Notes: generated from the letters alone by a model not told the origin. DNA of 64,000 nucleotides from Mustelus asterias (GCF_964213995.1 NC_135823.1:1240001-1304000), one strand, 5' to 3'; positions 24,501-38,159 are shown, counted from the stretch's first letter. Numbers and translations are program-made.

Positions 24501-26025
24501 TTCACTGGTAAGGCAAGGCATTTTGAGGCCAATTGCCACACATGTGAACTCACCGCTCTGGCCGGTGAGGAAGCCAGATAATTACTGGAGGGCCACAGTG
24601 GACTACAGAGTCCTTAATAAGAATATTCCGGCATGCGCCCCAACGGTAGCAGCCGTGGCGGACCTGTTAGGAGCAATTCCAGCGTCAGCCTCTGTTTTTA
24701 CAGTGCTGGATATTTCGAATGAGTTTTGGTCAATCCCAGTCAGGCGGGAGGACCAGTATAAGTTTGCCTTCACGTTTAAGGGGCAGCAGTATACATGGAG
24801 CTGTCTCCCACAGGGTTTCCACAACAGCCCCAGCATTTTTCACCAGTACATGGCCGAATGCCTGTAAGAGTTTAGTGAGCCCCACAGACTGGTCCAGTAT
24901 GTGGACGATATACTACTGTTCAGAGACAGTAGCGAGGATCATGGCCCCCTGGTAGACGAGTTGTTGAGGTTACTCCGTAAGGGAGGGTTAAAAGTTAACC
25001 CCAAGAAAGCCCAACTCGGGTTGAGGGAGGTCAAGTTCCAGGGTTTAACCCTTAGGGCTGGGAAGAGAGGGATAGATGCGGCCAGGAGACAGGCAGTGCA
25101 GGAACTCCCAGTCCCGGTAGACGTTAGGGGGGTACGATCCTTTTTGGGAGTCACAGGCTATTGCCGTGACTTCATTGAAGATTACGCCGCGACTGCAGTG
25201 CCTCTGCTCAGGCTGCTGCACAAGGGGGTGGAATGGGAGTGGGACAGCAAGTGCGAGTCGGCATTCGTCCGACTCAAGGAGGACTTGCAAAAGGCCCCAG
25301 CTCTGGAAACCATTGACCCCTGGGAGGAATTTTTCCTGGAGGTAGCAGCCGGCAGTGATAGCCTGACCGCTGTACTCCTCCAAGAACGGCATGGCAAGTT
25401 GAGGCCGATGGTGTATTCCTCCCGAGTTCTCACAGAAGTGGAGCGGGCATACTCCAACTGTGAACGGCACCTGCTAACCACACACTGGGCGGTGAAGCGG
25501 GTGCAGGTTTTTACTAGAATGGCGCCCATCACCCTCCTGACCCATCACACCCCAACCCAAATGTTGTTAAACGGCCGGATTAAAGATGGCACGGTCAGTT
25601 GGGCCAGGATCACCCGGTGGACTCTCTTGTTGTCCCAAATGGCGCTACGGGTGAAGGGGCTGAGTGAGCCACAGCTCGCAGCCAACCTGGTGTACCCAGG
25701 GGAGCCACACCATTGTTCCGTAGAGGGGGTATGGGAGGTAGGTTTTGGTTTTCGGGCAGGGCTGTATCCCACGGGTAGGGGGATATACGTAGACGGATCC
25801 AGTTCCGTATCGGGGGGCATCAGATTCATGGGTTGTGGGATCTGGGACCCCGAAGCTGAAATAGCCCTGGCCCTCAAGCTCCCCCACACACAGAGCGCTC
25901 AGCAGGCAGAGCTGGCTGCAGTGATGCATGTGGTCACACATCCGGAGGGTTTCCCCATTCCATACACCATCTGCTCGGACAGCATGTTTACGTGAAACTC
26001 GTGCGCGGAGTATCTGGCCATCTGG

Positions 26026-26548
26026 TAGACAAGTCCCCGGGCCCGGATGGAATGCATCCCAGGGTACTGAAAGGAATGGCTGAGGTAATAGCAGATGCGT
26101 TAGTAGTAATTTATCAAAATTCGCTGGACTCTGGGGTAGTGCCGGCTGACTGGAAAACAGCTACTGTTACGCCGCTGTTTAAAAAAGGAAGTAGACAAAA
26201 GGCGGGTAACTACAGGCCGGTTAGCTTAATGTCCGTAGTTGGGAAGATGCTAGAGTCCATTATTAAAGAGGGAACATCAGAGCACCTGAATAAGAATGGT
26301 TCGATCAAGCAGACGCAGCATGGATTCATGAAGGGAAAGTCGTGTTTGACGAATCTACTGGACTTTTATGAAGATGTCACTAGTGCGGTTGACAGAGGGA
26401 AACCGGTGGATGTGGTGTTTTTAGATTAACAGAAGGCGTTCGATAAGGTGCCTCACAAAAGGTTGCTGCAGAAGATTGGCGTCCACGGAGTTAGGGGTAA
26501 GGTGTTGGCGTGGATTGGGGATTGGCTATCTAACAGGAAGCAGCGAGT
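26026..26548 (+). mobile_element. CR1-type LINE RT fragment
   Basis: DKSPGPDGMHPRVLK..NYRPVSLMSVVGK..QHGFMKGKSCLTNL. Confidence 0.88.
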
Positions 26549-29500
26549 TGAGGAACAGGGAGAGAGTGCAGTTAAACATGTGGTTGCAGGGGTGGTGTAG
26601 GAGGGAGGGTTTCAGATACGCGGATAATTGGAACACATTCTGGGGAAGGTGGGACCTGTACAAACAGGACGGGGTGCACCTGAACCAGAGGGGCACCAAT
26701 ATCCTAGGAGGGAAATTTGTTATGGCTCTTCAGGGGGGTTTAAACTAAATTGTCAGAGGAGTGGGAAAAGGAGTTGTAGTCCGGAGGTCAGTGAGGATGG
26801 TGAGGTATTGGAGAAGGTATCAGGGTCAAGGGTGGGTACCGGTAGACAGGAAGGTGGGTTGAAGTGTGTCTACTTCAATGCAAGGAGCATCCGGAACAAG
26901 GTAGATGAACTTGGGGCGTGGATTGGTACTTGGGACTACGATGTTGTGGCCATTACGGAGACGTGGGTAGAACAAGGACAGGAATGGTTGTTGGACGTTC
27001 CGGGGTATAGATGTTTCACTAAGTGTAGGGAAGCTGGTAAAAGAGGTGGAGGAGTGGCATTGTTAATCAAGGATAGTTTAACGGCTGCGGAAACGCACTT
27101 CGAGGGGGATCTGCACACTGAGGTAATATGGGCTGAGGTAAGAAATAGGAAAGGAGCGGGCACGTTGTTAGGAGTTTACTATAGGCCCCTAAATAGTAAT
27201 AGAGATGTGGATGAAGAAATTTCTAAGCAGATTATGGACATGTGTGGGGGTCACAGGGTAGTTGTCATGGGGGACTTTAACTATCCAAATATTGATTGGA
27301 GCCTTTGTAGGTCAAATAGTTCGGATGGGGCAGTTTTTGTGCAGTGTGCGCAGAAGGGTTTCCTGACACAATATGTGGATAGGCCGACAAGAGGTGAGGC
27401 CACATTGGATTTGGTACTGGGAAATGAACCGGGCCAAGTGTTAGATTTGGTTGTGGGAGAGCACTTTGGAGATAGTGACCACAATTCGGTGTCTTTTTTT
27501 ATTGCAATGGAGAGGGATAGGGCCGTACGGCAGGGCAAGGTTTACAATTGGGGGAGAGGTAATTATGATGCGATTAGGCCAGAATTAGGGGGCATAAGTT
27601 GGGAACAGAAACTGTCAGAGAAAGGAACTAATGAAAAGTGGAACCTTTTCAAGGAACAAATACTGGATGTCCGTAATAGGTATGACCCTGTCAGGCAGGG
27701 AAGAAATGGCCGAGTGAGGGAACCTTGGTTCATGAAAGAGGTGGAATGTCTTGTGAAAAGGAAGAGGGAAGCTTATGTAGGGATGAGGAAACAAGGTTCA
27801 GATGGCTCGATTGAGGGTTACAAGTTAGCAAGGAATGAGCTGAAAAAGGGGCTTAGGAGAGATAGGAGGGGACACGAGAAGTCCTTGGGGGGTCGGATCA
27901 AGGAAAACCCCATGGCCTTTTACTCTTATGTGAGGAATAAAAGAATGACCAGGGTGAGGTTAGGGCCGGTCAAGGACAGTAGTGGGAACTTGTGTATGGA
28001 GTCAGTAGAGATAGGCGAGGTGATGAATGAATACTTTTCTTCACTGTTCACCAAGGAGAGGGGCCATGATTTTGAGGAAGAGAAGGTGTTACAGGCTAAT
28101 AGGCTGGAGGAAATAGATGTTCGGAAGGAGGATGTCCTGGCAGTTTTGAATAAACTGAAGGTCGATAAGTCCCCTGGGCCTGATGAAATGTATCCTAGGA
28201 TTCTTTGGGAGGCAAGGGATGAGATTGCAGAGCCTTTGGCTTTGATCTTTGGGTTCTCGCTGTCCACGGGGATGGTGCCAGAGGACTGGAGAACGGTGAA
28301 TGTTGTTCCTCTGTTTAAGAAGGGGAATAGAAATGACCCTGGTAATTACAGACCGGTTAGTCTTACTTCGGTGGTTGGTAAATTGATGGAAAAGATCCTT
28401 AGAGATGGGATTTACGACCATTTCGAAAGATGCGGATTAATCCGGGATAGTCAGCACGGATTCGTGAAGGGCAAGTCGTGCCTCACAAATTTGATAGAAT
28501 TTTTTGAGGAGGTAACTAAGTGTGTTGATGAAGGTAGGGCAGTTGATGTCATATACATGGATTTTAGTAAGGCGTTTGAGAAGGTCCCCCATGACCGGCT
28601 TATGATGAAACTGAGGAGGTGTGGGATAGAGGGAAAGTTGGCCGATTGGATAGGTAACTGGCTGTCTGATCGAAGACAGAGGGTGGTGTTCGATGGAAAT
28701 TTTTCGGATTGGAGGCAGGTTGCTAGCGGAGTGCCGCAGGTCCTCTGCTCTTTGTGATTTTTTTTAATGACTTAGAGGAGGGGGAGGAAGGGTGGATCAG
28801 TAAATTTGCTGATGATACCAAGATTGGTGGAGTAGTGGATGAGGAGGAGGGCTGTTGTAGGCTGCAAAGAGACATAGATAGGATGCAAAGCTGGGCTGAA
28901 AAATGGCAAATGGAGTTTAACCCTGATAAATGTGAGGTGATTCATTTTGGTAGGACTAATTTAAATGTGGATTACAGGGTCAAAGGTAGGGTTCTGAAGA
29001 CTGTGGAGGAACAGAGAGATCTTGGGGTTCATATCCACAGATCTCTCAAGGTTGCCACTCAAGTGGATAGAGCTGTGAAGAAGGCCTATAGTGTGTTAGC
29101 TTTTATTAAGAGGGGGTTGGAGTTTAAGAGCCGTGGTGTTATGCTGCAATTGTACAGGACCTTGTTGAGACCACATTTGGAATATTGTGTGTAGTTCTGG
29201 TCACCTCACTATAAGAAGGATGTGGAAGCGCTGGAAAGAGTGCAGAGGAGATTGACCAGGATGCTGCCTGGTTTGGAGGGTAGGTCTTATGAGGAAAGGT
29301 TGAGGGAGCTAGGGCTGTTCTCTCTGGAGCGGAGGAGGCTGAGGGGAGACTTAATAGAGGTTTATAAAATGATGAAGGGGATAGATACAGTGAACGTTCA
29401 AAGTCTATTTCCTCGGGTGGATGGAGCTATTACAAGGGGGCATAACTATAGGGTTCGTGGTGGGAGATACAGGAAGGATATCCGAGGTAGGTCCTTTACG

Positions 29501-29710
29501 CAGAGAGTGGTTGGGGTGTGGAATGGACTACCTGCAGTGATAGTGGAGCCAGACACTTTAGGAACATTTAAGCGGTTATTGAATAGGCACATGGAGCACA
29601 CCAGGATGATAGGGAGTGGGATAGCTTGATCTTGGTTTCAGATAAAGCTCGGCACAACATCGTGGACCGAAGGGCCTGTTCTGTGCGGTACTGTTCCATG
29701 TTCTATGTTC
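26549..29710 (+). mobile_element. Young, near-complete CR1/HER1-type LINE (ORF1 esterase-like C-terminus, APE-RT ORF2, tail)
   Basis: WGRWDLYKQDGVHLNQRG (ORF1 end). ORF2 runs from YFNARSIRNK through GDFN, SDH and FADD with few disruptions; tail TGTTCCATGTTCTATGTTCTA. Confidence 0.95.
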
Positions 29711-31107
29711 TAAGCAGCATGAAAAGCATCTTATCACTTACTCATCACCCGCGCAACCGTTATACAATGGTCCAAAGGCTATACCGCCCACGGGCAACTT
29801 CACGCGAACCCGTTCAGTTTGCTTGGAGGTCAGTCGTTGTCTGTACACACCTGCAATTGGAGCATATCACATATTCTCCCAATTAGTTTCAGCATATTCT
29901 TTCAACTGAGTTTTTGCTTAATATTGCCATCTACCTTTCCCTCTTGTGTCTATACAGGCACAGGTATCTGCACTAATTATAACTTCATACGGCCCATCCC
30001 ATTTTCGTACAAACCCTGAGTTGTCAGGCAGTGTTTGCACGAGGACGTCTCGCTGTTGGGACGTCAGGGAGCATTTCAAGCTCTCTCTCTCTCTCTGTCT
30101 GTTATCTCCTGATTGTCTTTTACCAATTTGCGCATCCCTTTTAGTTGGGTGCTTAGTTCCAAAACATATCTCCTGATTTTATCTGTCAGTGGACCTACAT
30201 CGGTACCATCTGTTATGATGCTTTCTGGTAATTGCATCACCTCTCCTGTGATTAGCTCATAATGGGTTAATCCGGTTGTTCGGTTTGTGGTAACACTTAA
30301 TCTCATTAGTATGGTGGGCAATACATTTGTCCACAAAAGCCAGTGCATTATACATTTAACCACATATGCCCCTTCCATACAAAGGTTAGTTTAACTCAAA
30401 TAACACTCTGCATCAGCTGCAGTTGGACATCAATTCATTAATCCCATCAAAATACATCGCTTTCCTCAATAAAATCACAAGCCATTCAGCTCCGATCTTT
30501 GTATGATGTATTCTTACATTATATGTAGTTTGATCATTTGTTTGCCCTCATTTGAAAGTGCGATGTTTAAGCAGAAAGGATCCTTCTGTAGACATATTTT
30601 CTCATAAGGTAAACAACAGTGTTTCGTGATCACAGATGTCAATTGTTTATGCTGCCAGACACAGCTCTTTAAAAACACAGATAACCGAATGAGCTATCTG
30701 TTGTGTTCAGTCCAATGCTGCAAGATTTTTGAGTCTGGCTGTAAAGCCAGACTCCAACTCTTTTTTTTCTCTCTCCCTCTTAAGTCGTCTGGTTTCGCTT
30801 CTTGACATGTTCATGTTAATTGTGCAAGTTATTACAAATTATGGCGAAGAATGGTTAGATGTTTGGAATAAATAGCATTTTCTCCTACAAAATTAAGTTT
30901 TTATCAATACATAATATATATTACAAAATTGTTTAAGGCTCTTCAGTATTTGATTTTCTCGGGTATATCCAAACCCTCTTAAGTTAAGCCGTTTCCATTT
31001 TTAAACTGAGCTCTAGATCAAAACCCCTGCATTTTTAGAATAATATCAAGCACAATGCATATAACAAGAACAATAGTTACTTGATTAGAAGTGTTCTGGT
31101 TTGATTC

Positions 31108-31440
31108 GGGCGGCACGTTAGCACAATGGTTAGCACTGCTGCTTCACAGCTCCAGGGACCTGGGTTCGATTCCCGGCTTGATTCACTGTCTGTGTGGAGT
31201 TTGTACGTTCTCCCCGTGTCTGAGTGGGTTTCCTCCGGGTGCTCCGGTTTCTTCCCACAGTCCAAAGATGTGTGGGTTAGGTTGATTGGCCATGTTAAAA
31301 TTGCCCTTATATGCGTAGGTTAGAGGGGTTAGTGGGTAAAATATGTAGGGATATGGGAGTCGGGTCTGGGTGGGATTGTGGTCAGTGCAGACTTGATGGG
31401 CCGAATGGTCTCTTTCTGTACTGTAGGGTTTCTATGATTC
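31108..31440 (+). mobile_element. HE1-like SINE nested in the ERV
   Basis: Full head, core and tail match to 10371-10709. Confidence 0.92.
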
Positions 31441-33156
31441 CTAGCTGGCTAGGTGCTAAAACCTTGAACAATATGCAATCCCAACGGCAGAATATAATTT
31501 GAACCAGTTACGGTTGCATGTTATCGGAACATCATACAAGCCTTGAATTTCATATTATTATCATGTTATTTCGAACGAACTGGCAACACAAGTTCCAACA
31601 ATTCATGGTGTTCGATGGTTAGCAAATAATGCAGAGCAAAAATACTCAAGGACAACATCTGTATTAGCAACTGAGGTTTTAAGTGATTAATCTCTGCTGT
31701 ATCTTGGAGTAATCAGAACGACGATTCATTTCACTAATTTGATATAAATTAAATTGACTCATCGACAGTATAATCACCTCATGCTTTGTTCCTGCTTTTC
31801 TATCATTTTCGCAAAATTACTTATTTTTAACTTCTCGACTGCACGAGTATAATTTCAACTTCAAGACAAGGAAAGAGCCCATGGTCCTTCCAAGGTCTAA
31901 CTCCTTTCTTAACATTAAAGCAGTGAAGCGAACAAGAACAAAATATTCACGCAACCACTTTTTTTAACACACAAATACACATGGAAGCTTCCAACATTTA
32001 TTTAGGCATAACATCTTAAACTGGGATGAAAGCAAAACGTTTGAGAATACAGAACGTTGATTAACAGTCGGTTTTATTCTGCTGTCTTCCAAACTGTAAT
32101 TAAACTCAAAACGGAAGTAAATTCAAGAAATCTTCTCACTTTGATCGCTAACAGTTTGAACCAAACCCTTCCTCGGCATTTTCTTATCTCATCAATTATT
32201 TCCCTACTCTCTAATTATATTGATTTGTCAATTTAGGATTATAGGCGGGCACTCCCTTTTAGCCCGCCTGGCATTTAATACGCTTCCATTTCATGGCTGA
32301 TTCACTCCTTTGCGTATCCATGTAACACATTTTACTTCGAATGAATTCTGACGGTATAATAGTTCCCATAATTACACATGCACTCCCATTCTAACTTATG
32401 TAACTCCCTTCTCTGTTAAATTTTGACTTTATGTCTTGACCTATCCTGTCCAGAACAGGATGGATTAGTTCTCTGCTTGTTTCAGCAGAGAGGCGGAGGG
32501 GTACGTTCAATCAGATGAACATAAACAAGTGATTAATCATCACTTCAAATACGCAGGAATAATTATTTCCATTTATCTTTTCAGTTTCAGTTCTATCAAG
32601 AATACCTTTTCAAATTTAATAAAAAGCCTGATCCAAATAATCCCTTCATTTTTATCACGTTTAAATATCCCTACTAAATTAAGACATTTACACTTTCTTA
32701 CAGCATCTCCGGTTTAAGCTCAAAATGTGCATAATTAATTATTAATATCCTTGTAACCAACACAGGCAGATACAGGATCGAATCCACTGTGTGCTTAAAT
32801 GGTAACTCTCCTTACGACTCTTCAGGTGTAATGTAATGCTAATTTTTCCACATTCCCCGAAACTCTGTCCGATGCACTATCGTAAAATTTCAACTGGGCA
32901 AAGTAATTTATTAAAACTCACACTCAGAGCAAACAACTGACTTTGATCTGCCATACCCTATGCCACCACACGAGGCTCTCGATCGCACACTTTCACCTCT
33001 CTCTCTCTCTCTTTTCCTTTGTCAAGAGAGAGAGAGAAACTTACAACCTGCTGGTGTTTAAGCCTTTACTATCACGCTTCAAACTAACCTTTTGAGCCTG
33101 ATTTGAGTCCCTTCTGTCTTTGCAGCAGTGCCGGCGCTGGTGTCTGTCATATCATA

Positions 33157-33453
33157 AGCCTGGTCCGATTCCGGGCTTGAGTCACTGTCTGTGTAGAGTT
33201 TGCACATTCTCGTGTCTGCGTGGGTTTGTTCCGGGTGCTCCGGCATCCTCCCACAGTCCACAGATGTGCGGGTTAGGTTGATTGGCCATGTTAAAATTGC
33301 CCATTAGTTTCCTGAGATGCGTAGGTTAGAGGGAGTCGTGGGTAAAATACGTAGGGGTTTGGGAGTAGGGTCTGGGTGGGATTGTGGTCGGTGCAGACTC
33401 GATAGGCCGAATTGCCTCTTTCTGTACTGTAGGGTTTCTATGATTTCTATGAT
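33157..33453 (+). mobile_element. 5'-truncated HE1-like SINE
   Basis: Core and tail match. Confidence 0.88.
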
Positions 33454-35111
33454 CTATCGGGGCAATGACGGCTACCTTAGATTTCTGTTGATTATCTACA
33501 CTGGCTCGTTTCCACCACTCCTGTTCACCCGTATAGGTATTTTGGAACAACATTGGCAAGCCAGACACCTCTTTATCTTTCCTTTGTTCGGCTTGCCATA
33601 CTAATCCTTTCCTCTCGGTCTCATCTTTCCTCTGCAGTCTTTCCTGTTCTGCCCTATCTCTTTTCTCTTTCTCATGCCTCTCACATTCCCACTTCAACCT
33701 TAACCAACTCTCAGGGTTTCCCTCATTATCACGTACACTGATCCCTCTTCTCTTTGCATTCTTCCCCCTCTTAATTGTTTTGTTGCGGTAATTCTGCTCC
33801 AGTAAGTGGGAGCATTCCCCAATACTCTCTGGATCTCCCCTCCGAATCTCTGTTTTACACTGGGTGAAGGGTTTATAATTAGCTTTTGGCAGTGCACCAG
33901 TTCCCCTCTGGGTTACGGGGGCTAAGTTGTGTTCCAGCGCTTCCCACTCTTCTGGAGGAGCGGTTGGCCCTGCTGTGTGGACTCATTAGGAGGTAGAGGA
34001 ACAGATTCCCCATCCCATTGTTTTTCTTCTAAGACTTGCGTTCGTTTCTCCAATGCTCTTATTCTGGATTCTAACTCGCTCAAATTTTCCTGAGCTTGCT
34101 CAATTAGTCCAGCTAACTGATCTGTTAACAACATTCCTATGTTCTTTGTTTTGTTTCTCTTTTCTTTATCTATCCACGTTTTCTGCTGCTCTAAGTTCTG
34201 GGACATATACCAGCCATCCTTTTGCATCCTCTATATTAATGCTTGTTTCTTTGACATTTATACTTCAATGAGAGAACCTGCAGATTCCCTCATTACTTCA
34301 TCATCTGCCATTTCGCAGACTTCACTACACCCCTTTGGAGCCCTACAATCTCGGGCGAAGTGGCCTGGTTTCTCACAATCGTAACAGGTACATTTTGATT
34401 TTGTGGCCAATTGGTGAATTAAGAGAACTCCAATTTTCTTAGTTCCGTCTTTCTTTTTTTTCTCCAACCATTTACATTGTTGGTCTAGTGGGTGATCTAA
34501 ATTCCACCCCACTTTGTTCATCTGTTTAATGAGTTTGTCCCTCTTAACCAGATATTCATTTATCAGGGACCCCGGGCCCAATGTCCTTGTCCCGCCATAA
34601 CACCGATAAGGTTAAACTCACCACCGTGGAGTCTTCTAATCTCCTTTCTCGCTCTCCCCCTCCTAGGTTTCTCTTATCCGAGTTTGGTGATAGCTGTCAG
34701 GGGCGATCAGATGCGTCCGTACCACCACTTACACAATATTGTTAATAATCCGGCTTTCACATGAAGGCTTGTCCTTCAACTCCGGCGATCACTCAGACAG
34801 TCTCTATCTATCACCCACGTCTAAATATCACACCTCAGGCAACCCTGACACCCATTTCAAATTCCTAACATCAGCGTGGGAGAGTTCCCCTCTTCGCAGT
34901 CAGTTTAAGGCAGGGTGCCAGAGTCAATTGCCTCCCTGCCCGTATGTGCTCAGTTCAGACGTTTTTCATCAGTTCAGACACTCTCTCGTCGCTGATGATT
35001 ACCCACTATATTTTGACCCACTTCATCAAGTCCAGTAATCTATTCCAGTGTCCCGGTCGTGGCCATTCGACCAGACCCGTGAACGGATTCTCGCAAACAG
35101 ATCACGGGCTC

Positions 35112-35129
35112 TTCCGGGTTTCGGCACTA
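35112..35129 (-). promoter_or_regulatory. Primer binding site, tRNA-Phe-like
   Basis: Minus-strand TAGTGCCGAAACCCGGAA vs canonical TGGTGCCGAAACCCGGGA (16/18), 2 nt after the LTR end ..ACAACA. Confidence 0.75.
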
Positions 35130-36059
35130 ATTGTTGTATTTAAAAATAACTCTCAGTGTATTCGTCGGTCAAAATACAGTGGTTCATTTTCACAATTGTG
35201 GGAGACGTCCGATGCCTAAGACGGCCTCAGTGTTCTCAGCAAATACAGGATAATAAGATACATTTATACCCCCCCCCCCCCCACGTCACGACCGCAGTGT
35301 CCCAGGCCCCTCAGGTTCCCAGGCTGTGGCTTGTCTTCCATCGTGTGAACCTTGCTGCCTTGGCAGTTTCCTCATGGTTGTCTCAAGGCCACGCGTGTTG
35401 TTGCCCTCTGTGGACAACTGTGGGATGTCTCACTAATGTACAAGGTTACAGTCACGAACAAACAAGTTAACCGGCATACGACAATTTATATATGTTCATA
35501 GGTACTTGTATAATGTATATCGGTACAGGTTATGATGAATACATATGAATGTATCCTTATACGATCACAGAAGGCCTGTATGTAGGCTCTACTGTAACAG
35601 AGCAGTACATATTAAATAATACAAAATAGCTGGGTTAGCCACATTCCTGACCAGATTAGCCGGGAAAAACATAGTCTTGTATACCACAGCTGCTACTCTT
35701 ATCTGTTTTTGGAAACATGAGCATGAAAACACCCGAATGTAAACATGAGTTCTGCAGTTTTTCTCACACAATCTCTAAATATCAGAGTTCACTTTGACAA
35801 TTTGAGTATTAGAATTCATTAACACATTCTCATGTTCACTGGTAATCTGCAACGCGATTTGCTGGAAATCCGCAGAAAAGTCCGACTGAGATATTCTAAC
35901 CGGAGCATCAACTCAATCGCTGTACAATCAGTTGGAAGAGCTGCAGAGGTTAATTTCCTGATTCCAGGGTGCGGACGAGTGGGATTTGAGTGACATTTCG
36001 ATGCTTCATAGATTGAGCTGTTCTCTGATAGCAGCACAAAATATCCACCGAAAGTTTAA

Positions 36060-36360
36060 TGTTTATATATGAGTCACAAGTCGGCTTACATTAACACTAC
36101 AATGAAGTTACTGTGAAAATCCCCTCGTCATCATATCTGACGCCTGTTCGAGTACACTGAGGGAAATTTAGCATGGCCAATGCATCGAACCAGCATGACT
36201 TTGGGATTGTGGGAGGAAACCGGAGCATCCGGATGAAATCCACACAGATACGGGGAGAACGTGCAAACTCCACACAGACATTGACAAACCAGGAATTTAC
36301 CCTTTGGTCCCTGGTGCTGTGAGACAACAGTGCTAACTAATTTGCCACCGTGCCACGCCG
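36060..36360 (-). mobile_element. V-SINE-type element with an alternative tail
   Basis: Same head and core as HE1-like copies but tail ..CACAAGTCGGCTTACATTAACACT... Related copies at ~39610-39895, 41610-41915, 43420-43590 and 63545-63790. Confidence 0.8.
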
Positions 36361-36929
36361 GCATGGGATTCTTTGGGATCTCCCAAGCAAGGGACGTCTT
36401 GCACCTTATTCCGAAAACCAGCAATGTTTTGCACAGTATTAAAATATTTGCAAAGAACTTACTTGCACTGCACTGTCTTGTGTTATCTTTCCATATGTTT
36501 GGCGATAGCGGCCTGTGTTTAAAAAAGGGAAAATGCCAATTTAAATCAGATCCTGTTCTTACTAAGCTATAATTAATTTGAGGTACAATGCACCAATGAT
36601 GCCCTCTTGCACCTATGACCCCAATACGTTAATTGGCCCCACAGTGTGTCAATCCAAAGAGGGCTCCCACATATACTAGCGTTTTCCTAATACATAAACG
36701 GACCCTCAATAAATCAACTCTCAAACAATATTTCAATGGATCGCAATTCGCCAATGGATGGACCAGGAATATTTACACCGCATGGCGTCAATGCCAATCT
36801 GGTAGTTCGCTGCCAGAATTGTTAGTCAACAATTATGCTTTATTATTGGACCAACAGAGAGAATATTTGAGGATTTTTCTAATGGCGGGAAGTACACGCA
36901 TCAATCAATTAATTTATCCCATTTTAGCA

Positions 36930-37520
36930 TTGCTTAGCACTGCTGCTTCACAAAGCCACAGAGCCGGGTTAAATTCCGGCATCGGGCCGCTGTCAGTGCA
37001 GAGTTTGCGTGAGTTGTCTCTGAGTGCTCTGGTTTAATCCCAGGGTCCAACGATTTGCAGTTTGGGTGGATTGGCCATGCTCAATTTCTCCATATTTTTC
37101 AAAGATATCCAGGGTAAGCTAATTGTCCATGTTAAATTGTTCCTTCGTGTCCAAAGATGTGTCCATTCGGTGGATTGTTCATGGTAAATTTTCCCTTAGT
37201 GTCCGAAGATGTGCAGGTCATGGGCATTTGCCGAGCTGAATTTTCCCGTCATGTCCTAAAATGTGCAGGTCAGGTGGATCATCCACGCTATTTTGCCACT
37301 TAGTGTCCAAAGATGTGTAGGGAGGTGGATTTGACATACGAAATTGCTCCTTAGTGTCCGAAGATGTGCAGGTTCGGTGGATTGGCCATGCTGAATTGCC
37401 CCTTCGTGTCAGCGGGATGAGAAAGGCAAATGTGTGGAGTTACCCGGATCATGCCGAGGTGAGATTATTGTCGGTGTAGTCCCGATGTGTTGACTGGCCT
37501 CCTTGTGCATTGTAGGGATT
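36930..37520 (+). mobile_element. Old HE1-like SINE with about 7 internal tandem copies of a ~52 bp unit (37044-37407)
   Basis: Repeated GTGTCCAAAGATGTGCAGG..GGTGGATTGGCCATGCTAAATTGCCCCTTA variants between SINE head and tail. Confidence 0.8.
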
Positions 37521-37972
37521 CTTTGAAACGTCTGTTCAATGATATTGAATCTCTGCCAACATTTGAATGCAACTTACCGGTTTGTCTCTCATTGTGATCC
37601 ATTCTGTGCGTTGTCTGGATCAAGCTCAAACTAGAGAAGGAAATGAAAACGATTAAACAACTGTTCCGTGCAACAAATCCTGGCCAAAGTGCCAGAAATA
37701 TTTGAAATAGAATACTCAATTTCAAAATATGGAATATTTCGACGTATACCATTGGAATCAATGACTGTATTGAACCGTGCGTAACACAGTATGAAATGGA
37801 CAGAGAGTTTTCGTGATGAATTTGGAAATGGCTCATTTACTTATATTTCATTGTGGGCTCCCTTTGCTCGCTCTCCTGAAACAAAACTTTATGGTCAGCA
37901 ACGCAAAACTACAAGGGGAATCGCATTGGATGAACAAAAATGATATTATCCCTCCTGATCATTATTACTCAC

Positions 37973-38074
37973 CTGATCTGCCGCTCTTCCAAATCCAAAT
38001 ATAAAGAAGGACCCAGAGGACAATCGGGATCACCAGGACAGTTATGACAATTGGATGTTCCAGATTGCACAATC
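37973..38074 (-). CDS. Gene B stalk-Cys plus TM exon
   Basis: 102 nt, phase 1-1, open frame, about 22 hydrophobic residues, TCTCTATAG acceptor and AG|GTGAGT donor. Confidence 0.85.
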
Positions 38075-38159
38075 CTATAGAGAGTAAACACTTAGAAACT
38101 GCTGCTGGATCAAATAATGTTTTCTGGATTTCGAAGATAGGAAACTGAACCCAGACACT

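Larger units (their letters stand above)
19810..26025 (+). mobile_element. Defective retrovirus-like LTR element (gag-pro-RT-tether-RNase H), truncated by a CR1; 5' boundary approximate
   Basis: Gag with coiled coil and CCHC knuckle CYGCGKPGHFRREC (~23604). Protease LLDTGAS (~23936). RT LPQGFHNSP and YVDD (24898-24909). Degenerate Ty3-like RNase H followed by YVDGSS..SAQQAELAAV..CSDS. Stops and frameshifts; no integrase. Confidence 0.88.
29711..35599 (-). mobile_element. Second, highly decayed and internally deleted ERV/LTR element
   Basis: 5' LTR 35599-35132 (TGT..ACA) and PBS. Gag-like fragments at 33922-34581 with CYDCEKPGHFARDC. Integrase C-terminus at 29950-30340 (WTNVLPTILM..RTTGLTHYELITG..WDGPYEV). 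Confidence 0.75.

Noticed and set aside
37044-37407. CRISPR-like periodic array
   Set aside because: No unique spacers, eukaryotic context, and the unit derives from the SINE body.
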